Shown: piece by piece, positions 1 through 8,400 of the stretch
Layout: the number at the start of each line of letters is the position of its first letter
How positions within the stretch are numbered: the first letter of the stretch is position 1
Assembly: GCA_963727805.1 (NCBI GenBank)
Contig: CAVSHF010000003.1
Location: forward strand, 2,272,001-2,336,000
Length of the DNA stretch: 64,000 nt
Direction of reading: 5' to 3'
DNA from: an uncultured Nitrospiraceae bacterium
Lineage (GTDB): Bacteria; Nitrospirota; Thermodesulfovibrionia; Thermodesulfovibrionales; Dissulfurispiraceae
The notes under the pieces: generated by a model
Databases searched by the model: none
Told to the model about the DNA's origin: nothing
Seen by the model: only the letters and a program-made list of their open reading frames with translations
Made by a program: the position numbers and the translations under genes

Positions 1-1197
1 GAAGAGATGGACGCAGAAGACCCCCTCTTTATCCTGTATACCTCAGGGTCGACCGGAAAACCTAAGGGCGTTCTCCATACGACCGGCGGCTATTTGCTTT
101 ATACAAATCTAACATTCAAATGGATTTTTGATTATCATGACGAAGATATCCATTTCTGCACGGCTGATATAGGCTGGGTTACCGGACACAGTTATATTGT
201 TTACGGTCCGCTCAGCAACGGCGCCACGAGTCTTATGTTTGAGGGAATCCCCTCTTATCCAGATTATGGCAGGTTCTGGGACATTTGCGAGAAACACAGT
301 GTAAATATCTTCTACACCGCACCTACTGCTATACGGTCGCTTATGAAGGAAGGCGAAAGCTGGGTTGCAAAATATGACCTGTCGTCTCTGAAGGTTCTGG
401 GCAGCGTGGGAGAGCCCATCAATCCCGAGGCATGGATGTGGTATTACAAGAATGTGGGCAAGAGCAAGCTTCCTATCGTGGATACATGGTGGCAAACCGA
501 GACCGGCGGCATCCTTATAACACCACTTCCAGGTGCAATGACGCTGAAGCCTGGCTCCGCTACTAGACCGTTTCCTGGAGTCGTTCCCGCGATTCTTAAC
601 GAAAAGGGCGCTCCCGCCGGCCCCAATGAAGGCGGCAGCCTCGTTATTCTGAAGCCGTGGCCAGGTATGCTCAGGGGTACTTATGGCGATCCTGAAAACC
701 AGAGAGTCAAAGAGGTTTATTACTCAATGTACCCCGGCAAGTATTTCACTGGCGACGGTGCGCGCGTTGATAGTGACGGCGATTACTGGCTCATGGGAAG
801 GATCGACGACGTTATCAATATCTCGGGTCACAGGCTCGGTACGGCCGAGGTCGAGTCAGCCCTAGTAGCTCACGAGGCGGTTGCAGAGGCCGCAGTCGTT
901 GGTTACCCTCACGACATCAAGGGCGAAGGCATATATGTATATGTTACGCTCAAGCAAGGGTTCCAACCGTCCGACGAGCTCAAGAAGAAACTTGTTGCGC
1001 ATATCCGCACGGTTATAGGTCCGATAGCATCCCCCGACAAGATGCAGTTCTCCCCGGGCCTGCCCAAGACCAGGAGTGGCAAGATCATGAGAAGGATATT
1101 GAGGAAGATCGCAAGTGGCGAGATAGACGCTCTTGGCGATACCTCGACACTTGCCGATCCTACGGTCGTGACCGATTTAGTGGACAATAGACAGTAA
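1..1197 (+). CDS. acs: Acetyl-CoA synthetase (AMP-forming), 5' truncated by window edge
   Basis: [11 protein letters not shown] loop, DTWWQTETG, and [11 protein letters not shown] containing the acetylatable Lys. Confidence 0.95.
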   Translation, partial: EEMDAEDPLFILYTSGSTGKPKGVLHTTGGYLLYTNLTFKWIFDYHDEDIHFCTADIGWVTGHSYIVYGPLSNGATSLMFEGIPSYPDYGRFWDICEKHSVNIFYTAPTAIRSLMKEGESWVAKYDLSSLKVLGSVGEPINPEAWMWYYKNVGKSKLPIVDTWWQTETGGILITPLPGAMTLKPGSATRPFPGVVPAILNEKGAPAGPNEGGSLVILKPWPGMLRGTYGDPENQRVKEVYYSMYPGKYFTGDGARVDSDGDYWLMGRIDDVINISGHRLGTAEVESALVAHEAVAEAAVVGYPHDIKGEGIYVYVTLKQGFQPSDELKKKLVAHIRTVIGPIASPDKMQFSPGLPKTRSGKIMRRILRKIASGEIDALGDTSTLADPTVVTDLVDNRQ

Positions 1198-1217
1198 AAG
1201 ACAGTTTTTCATAATGA

Positions 1218-1253
1218 AAAAGAAGAGGCGGGGACAACCCCGCCTCTTCTTTT
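1218..1253 (+). terminator. Rho-independent terminator, probably bidirectional
   Basis: Perfect 16-bp stem AAAAGAAGAGGCGGGG-acaa-CCCCGCCTCTTCTTTT just after the acs stop. Confidence 0.9.
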
Positions 1254-1524
1254 GTGCATCTTAACCTTTATCAGCGCAAGTTGCTAGTATACAGACAGTA
1301 AGGCAAAGTGCACGCGAATAGGTCTTTTCCCGATTGAAACCTTCAGTCTTGAACAATCTTGCTTCATTTTAGGGTTCTGTGAGGAGGTGACAGCAGACCA
1401 TGTTGTGACGATAAAGAATGGAAGTAGTTACGGAATCTGCCCCCTTCATCAAGCTGATGCAGATAAAGACATAAGATTGAGATTGTCATTTTTCTGTCAG
1501 CATACGAGGTACGCTCGGAAAATG

Positions 1525-2162
1525 GTCGAGTAGGCCGGTGGAATCGCACCACCAGCCCCTCACAGATTCCGTACGTGAACCTCTCGATTCATACGGCTCG
1601 TGTCAATCATCAAGTTGAGTCTTTGCAGTCTCAACCATACACATTGAGCGATAGTTCCTCCTGGTCACCCAGTTGACTGGTACTCTTTGTGGATTGACCC
1701 ATCCCCTTCCCTCCACGGCTTATTATCACTGCTTCATCGGTACTATTGGACGGTCCGACCCCTTCACCTGCATCGATACTTTCCCCCTTCGTTTGCACTT
1801 ATAGGGTTTTCTCTTAGCATCAGATGAAGAGTTCCCGCGTTCCACACAGGAGCCTAGATCAGCTTCATGCCGCCTCTATGCCGGACGCCGTTCAGGCAGT
1901 AAACAGGTATCTCCTGAACTAATCCTGATGCAAAGTAAGAACATCAGTTTTGACGTCGTCCTTTTCCTTTCGACACCTCATCAGCGGTTCGCTTACGCTC
2001 ATCTCTCTGATCCATCCCTGACACGATCTAGTCGTGCCTTTTCCTTTAACGCTCACCACCGGAGCCTTTCGACTACAGCAGCTTAAGGTGGGTTGAAGCC
2101 TGCTCCTGCAAGCCGGCTTCGAGGGGCCAACCCTCATCTTCCTGTGCAGCCTCGTGGCGCAC
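1525..2162 (-). mobile_element. ORF-less group II intron (IIB, bacterial class D-like architecture)
   Basis: Minus strand starts GTGCG at 2162; domain V GAGCCGTATGAATCGAGAGGTTCACGTACGGAATC (1599-1565, AGC triad); domain VI ends CCTACTCGAC at 1525; no RT ORF in domain IV; EBS1/EBS2 can pair with the 5' exon. Confidence 0.9.
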
Positions 2163-2406
2163 CCACCTCGGGAAAATATTGGGATTCTTTGCTTCTAAAT
2201 GAAAACCACCAAAATGGCCATGAATAGCATGAATAGTATGGGGCAAAAGTTGCAGGTTTTTGGGAAAAGGGCTTTTGTACAAAAGTTCCTGGTGTAACAA
2301 GCGGCCGGAGAGAGTCGCCCGCGTAGCATATCAGAGCTGGGGGAGATCGATAGAAATCAGCAAGACTCAATCAAAACAGGTCTTTCAGCATAAAGGCTCT
2401 GCTAAC

Positions 2407-2464
2407 TAACTTCTATATAGGGGTATTATATCGCCTATACAAAATTATCCCTATATAGAAGTTA
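2407..2464. repeat. Perfect 16-bp inverted repeat downstream of the glucan synthase
   Basis: TAACTTCTATATAGGG (2407-2422) and CCCTATATAGAAGTTA (2449-2464). Confidence 0.75.
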
Positions 2465-2481
2465 AATAATACTAATACGTT

Positions 2482-5400
2482 TTACCTCATTGCAATTCTC
2501 ACATCTACCGTGTGTTCCTGACGGTCATCAACAAGAGGGATAGCCTTCTCGTCTTGCTCAACGCCATCGACAGTCACTCTCGTCTCGGCGTTTCCGTCAT
2601 GTGTTTGCAGGACGGTAATATGATAAATAGATTCCCTGAATCGATAGTGTACTTTGAACGACTCCCATGCCTCAGGCAAGCACGATGTGAAACGGAGTTT
2701 GTCTACTTCAAGCCTCAGCCCCAAGATTGACTCTATGATAAGCTGGTACATCCATCCGGCCGATCCCGTGTACCACGTCCATCCACCACGGCCAATGTGC
2801 GGAGAGACCGCATAAACGTCGGCTGCAACAACATACGGTTCTACTTTGTAAGTCATCACTTCTTCCTTAGATCTCGCATGGTTAACCGGGTTGATCATTG
2901 CCAGCAGTTCCCAGGCGCGCCGGCTATCGCCCAAAGCAGCAAACGCCATCGCTGCCCAGATAGCACCATGAGTATACTGCCCTCCATTCTCACGAACCCC
3001 AGGGACATAGCCTTTTATATAGCCCGGATTCAAATCCGACTTGTCGAACGGCGGGTCCAGGAGTTGGATGAGCGCATGTTCCCGTCGAACGAGGCGCTTA
3101 TCCACCGCTTCCATTGCCATGGCTGAGCGTTTGGCATTCCCGGCACCAGAGAGAACAGACCAGCTTTGAGCAATTGAGTCAATCTGGCATTCGGCATTAG
3201 TCGCCGAACCGAGCGGCGATCCGTCGTCGAAGTAAGCCCGACGGTACCATTCGCCATCCCAACCATTGTCCTCGATATTCTGGCGCAGCTGGGCAGCTTG
3301 CTGCATGCAGCGCTCGACGAAGGACACGTCGCCATGCAGGCGTGCAATCTCAGAGAACTGCATGAGCACAGCATAAAAGAAGAACCCCAACCAAACGCTT
3401 TCGCCTTTGCCATCTTTGCCTACAATGTTCATGCCGTCGTTCCAATCACCCGAGCCTATGAGCGGCAAGCCGTGCGCTCCAAGGTTAATTCCCTTCATGA
3501 TAGCGTGCACACAGTGATCGTACAAACTGGCCATTTCTTCAGAAGCATGGGGAAGATCGTAATACGAGTCCTCGTCCTTGTTTAAGGGGCGGCCCTCTAT
3601 GAAACGCACACGTTCATCTAACACCCACGTATCTCCGGTCATCAGAACATAGCGGCACACGGCCAGCGGCAACCAGAGAAAATCGTCTGAACAGTGTGTA
3701 CGCACGCCTCGCCCCGACGGAGGATGCCACCAATGCTGGACGTCTCCCTCACTGTACTGATGGGCCGCGCAGAGGAGGATATGATCACGAACAAGTCGCG
3801 GCTCAGAGTGGATAAGCGCCATCACGTCCTGCAACTGGTCGCGGAAACCGAAAGCGCCCCCGGACTGGTAGTATCCGCTCCGCGCCCAAAGGCGACATGC
3901 TAGAGTTTGGTATAAGAGCCAGCCGTTGGCCAGCACATTCACGGACTGGTCCGGTGTTTCCACCTGCACTGCGCCGAGAGTGTGCGTCCAATGCTGCCAC
4001 ACCACATCGAGGGCGGCCCGCGCAGCGGCTGATCCTCGAAAGCGCTTGACCAGGGTTCTGGCATCGTCGTTATCTCGCCCTGCACCGAGTCTGAATATGA
4101 TCTCACGCTCTTGCCCGGCAGCAAGCTCGAAGGGGACCTGGATAGCAGCGCAGGGATCCAGGGCAGCCCCCACCTTGCCGGAAAGACGAGTGCGGGTCAT
4201 AGCGGATGGACTCCGAAGAGTGCCATTGCGTCCCAGGAATTCAGTCCGATCTCCACTTACAGTGCGAGTCGTATCGTCCACGTCGAAGAACACAGTTCGG
4301 TCGCGGAACTCAGTGTTGTATGGGTTGCGTGCGAAGATCGCGCCGCTATTCGGGTCAATTTCAGTGATCACGTGCATAGTCGATTTCTGCCGCAAGTCGC
4401 CAAGAACCCATTCTACATATCCGGTAGCGGAGAGCCTTCGGGATCGGCCCGACTCGTTGCGGACTTTGAGCACAGTAAACTTGATCGATGCGTCCAGCGC
4501 CACGTAAACCCACAGCTCGGAGCAGATGCCACGCTCGGTGTGTTCGAAGACACTGTATCCGAAGCCGTGCCGGGTGACGTAAAGCGTACCCCCGCGGCAG
4601 GGCAGTGGCGTGGGCGACCAGAAATGTCCGCGCTCTTCATCCCTGATGTAAAAAGCTTCTCCACTCGAATCACTCACCGGATCGTTGTACCAAGGAGTGA
4701 GACGGAACTCGTGGGCATTCTCGCTCCAGGTGTATGAAAGGCCGCTCTCTGAGAGGATTGTTCCGAAGTGCGGGTTGGCCAGCACGTTCACCCAAGGCGC
4801 CGGCGTCAGCTGTTCGTGCGTGGTGGTGATAACATACTCACGTCCATCCGGCGCGAATCCACCCAGCCCGTTGTAGAAAGCCAGATCGTGGCGCGGCAGC
4901 GGGGCGACCGCCAAGGGTTCGGAGCGGTAGGTGCGAGTCGGGGTAAGGTGCGGCAGTTGTATTTCCGTCACGCCTCCACGGGTGATCTGATCCGCCAGCG
5001 ACCCCCGGCTGTCGGCGATGATGGCACGAGCAACCGCTTGGAACAGGATACGGTCCTCCTGTGCTATCTGGTCCGCAGGCCTCACGAAAATGCCGCCGGG
5101 TCGATCGGTCACATTGGCTTCGATACCTGCGGCAATGAGTCCTATGATCTGGTCGTGGAGGAGTTGCCGGTAACCGGCATGATCTTCGTTCCAGATCACC
5201 AGGTCCACCGCCAGTCCTTTTAGACGCCAGTACGCGTGGGCCTGCACGAGTTGGCGCACCATGTCGATATTGGCCGGATCTTCAATCTGCAGCAGAACAA
5301 TCGGTAAATCGCCTGAGATAGCGTATCCCCAGAGACCGGATTGTCCCCGGCGGTTCTTTGTGAGGACGCTTGGGTCGGCTCGCAGCGAAGAGTTGGGGTA

Positions 5401-8400
5401 GATCACAGAGCCTGCAATACGACAATAGAGCTGCGCGTCGGCCTCTGTGGCGTTGATCTGCCGTAAGAGGACCTGGCTATGTGTCCATGCCAGATCAAAG
5501 ACGCGATCCGCGAGACGCCGATCCTGATATTTTTCTACCAGGCTTAAGGCTGCATCGCGGGTTTCACCGATGCCGGAGACAATATTTATCGTTGCCGATT
5601 CTTCTGGATCCAGAGTTATACGATACCGGATGGCGACAATGGGGTCCAGCACCGAGCCCTGGCTGCCCGAAAGTGCCCCTGAGGGATCTGATGACTCGCT
5701 CATCGCTTGTGGATTGGCGGTAGTGTTTCCGCGGCCGATGAACTGCATCCGATCAGTCTCGTAAGAAATCTCCCCAACTTTCACCCCATGCACGGCCATC
5801 AGGTGAAACATCCATTGCGACTGTTCGTCGATGGAGCGAGGCCGGCGAGTGCAGAGGATCGTCCTCTGTCGGCGGATGATCTCGGTCTGAACAAAGAGAT
5901 TGCTGAACGCCGGATGAAGTGCATCTGCGGCAGGCGGCGCCAGGACCACTTCCGCATAACTCGTCACGTCGATCTCTCTGCGCCTGCGAGCGCGGTTGGT
6001 GATAGTTATTCGGCGCAGTTCGATATCATCTTCGGATGAAACAGCAACCTCGGTGTAAGCGTCAAAGTCGTCGTGCCGACAGCGAAACTCGGCTCTCCCT
6101 TCAGAAAAAACCGCCTCAAAGTTTTTCGATTGTTTAAGCACCGGCTGATATGTTGTTGACCAGAACCTGCCACTGGTCACGTCCCGAATGTAGCAGAACG
6201 CGCCCCAGCTGTCGCAGGTGGTGTCTTCGTGCCAACGTGTAACGGCGATGTCCTTCCAGCGGCTGTACCCGCCGCCGGCGTTCGTGATCATCACATGGTA
6301 TCTGCCGTTCGAGAGCAACTGCACTTCAGGAACTGGCGTGTCCGGGCTGCTAAAAACGCGCACCGGCGTCTCTGTGCCACTAGTAGCCGCGTGCAACTCG
6401 GAAAGCTCGGTAGTGTGCGCATAGAACGCGGTAGCCTTGGGAACCCGCTCCTGGAGCAGCAACATAGTCGCCTGAAACGAGGGTTCCGCTTCGAATCGTT
6501 TCTGCATCGGACGGCCCAGGAGCAGATAGGCTAAAGAAAGAAAGCTCATGCCCTGGTGATGTGTCATGAAGGAGCGAACCACGACGCTCGATTGTCCACG
6601 CGGCAAGCGTGAAGGAGTGTAGTCGATCGCTTCATAGAAGCCGAATTTTCCTTCAACCCCTTCAGCGGACAACCGCTCGAGATTCAAACATGCCTTCTCG
6701 GGCGCCACCATAAGCGCAAGAGCCGAGGCATAGGGCGCAATCACCAGATCCTCAGCGAGCCCTCGTTTGAGCCCCAGGCCGGGCACTCCAAAGGCGCGGT
6801 ATTGGTAGTTGAGATGCACATCGATGGCATTGTAGCCGCATTCTGAAATACCCCAAGGCGCCCCGGATTTTCTCCCATACTCGATCTGGCTGGCCACAGC
6901 CGCCTTATAGGTCTGGTCGAGCAGCGTATGTTCGTAAGTCGGCATCACCAACAGCGGCATCAGGTATTCGAACATCGACCCGCTCCAAGAAAGGAGAATG
7001 GGCTCTCCACCAGTGGTGGTGAGCAGACGTCCCAGAGCGAACCAGCTATCCTGGGGCAACTCTCCCTGAGCAATCGCCACGAAACTGGAAAATCTTGCTT
7101 CTGAAGCCAGTAGATCGTAGTAGCTTGAGTCCTGCCGATGCTCCCCAACATTGTATCCGATGGTCAGTAGACGATGAGCCTTATCGAACAGGAAATCATA
7201 TTCCATACGGGCCAGCTCGTTTGATTGCAGTGCAAGTTCTTCAATAGCCGCAATCCTAGCACCGGCCCGGTAGCTTGCCTTCATGATGAGAGGTCGAAGC
7301 TCATCAAGCCACGCCCGCTCCTCTGGCGTTATCTTCATGGCAAGCCGGTGATCGATTTCCGGCAGGAGCTCCACCTCAAGGGTGGACAATTGGCTCAGCG
7401 TTGGGATTCCGTCAATACCGTGAAAGTCCTGAGGTCTATTCTGAGAAAACAAGAGCGGTGTCCAAGGAGCGAGAAACATTAACTCATCGATGGCATCATG
7501 GCACTGCCGGACTAATGAGTGCGCCCACCACCTCAGTTGGCTCTCAGGGCCGTCGTCAAAAGCATCGGCGCTGGCGGCCACTTCCGTGGCGAATGCCGTC
7601 AACCGGTCCAGACACAGCCGTGCTGCAGCGAGTGTGGCTGGGTGGGAACTGACCGCAAGCTCTAGCTCCTTCTGAAGTTGAGCAAGCTGGGCCGGAGAAA
7701 AACCTTCCGCAACGTCCTCTAGGATCCTCCATGTGTCGCTGAGCCCTGAGAATAAGCGCGCTCCCAGGATATTATCATCGGCAAGTCCGAGTAGACCCGG
7801 CCGCAATGTCAGCAGATGACCTGCAAGATTCCCACTGTCAACCGACGAAATGTACAGGGGCAACAGTGGCTTCAGAGATTGCGTGTCGTACCAGTTATAG
7901 AAGTGGCCCCGGTATCGCTCCAGGGCTTCCATTGTTCGGAGGGCGTTCGCTGTGCGTTCGATCAATTGTCCAGCTGAAATGTAGCCGAAATCGTAGGCGG
8001 ATAAATTCGCCAACAGTGCAAATCCCATGTTGGTGGGCGACGTGCGATGCGCGATCACGGCAACAGGATGCTCCTGATAGTTATCAGGCGGCAGCCAATG
8101 ATCTTCCAGGCCAATGAAAGTCTCGAAGAATGCCCAGGTTTTCCGGGACAGCTTCCGCAGAAAGAGGGTCTGTTCCTCTGTCAGCCTTTCTCGGCGGCGA
8201 GCGAGCGGCCGACTGATCCACCAGACGATAATGGGGGATGCAAACCAAAGACACAGAATGGGTCCAGCTACAACTAACGCGGTCGGCCTCAAAAGCGCAA
8301 GAGTAAGCGCCACGGCAGCGGCAATGACTGGGGCGATCCACATAGTTCGGCACGAGCCGGCAAGGTCCGTGCGGCTGTTGCGATCCGGGTCGCTTGACGG

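Noticed and set aside
2073..2370. Host gene interrupted by the ORF-less intron
   Set aside because: The spliced frame checked ends shortly after the junction and shows no recognisable motif
2404..2467. Integron attC site
   Set aside because: Left end AACTAAC does not fit RYYYAAC, arms are perfectly paired without extrahelical bases, and no integrase or cassette array is present
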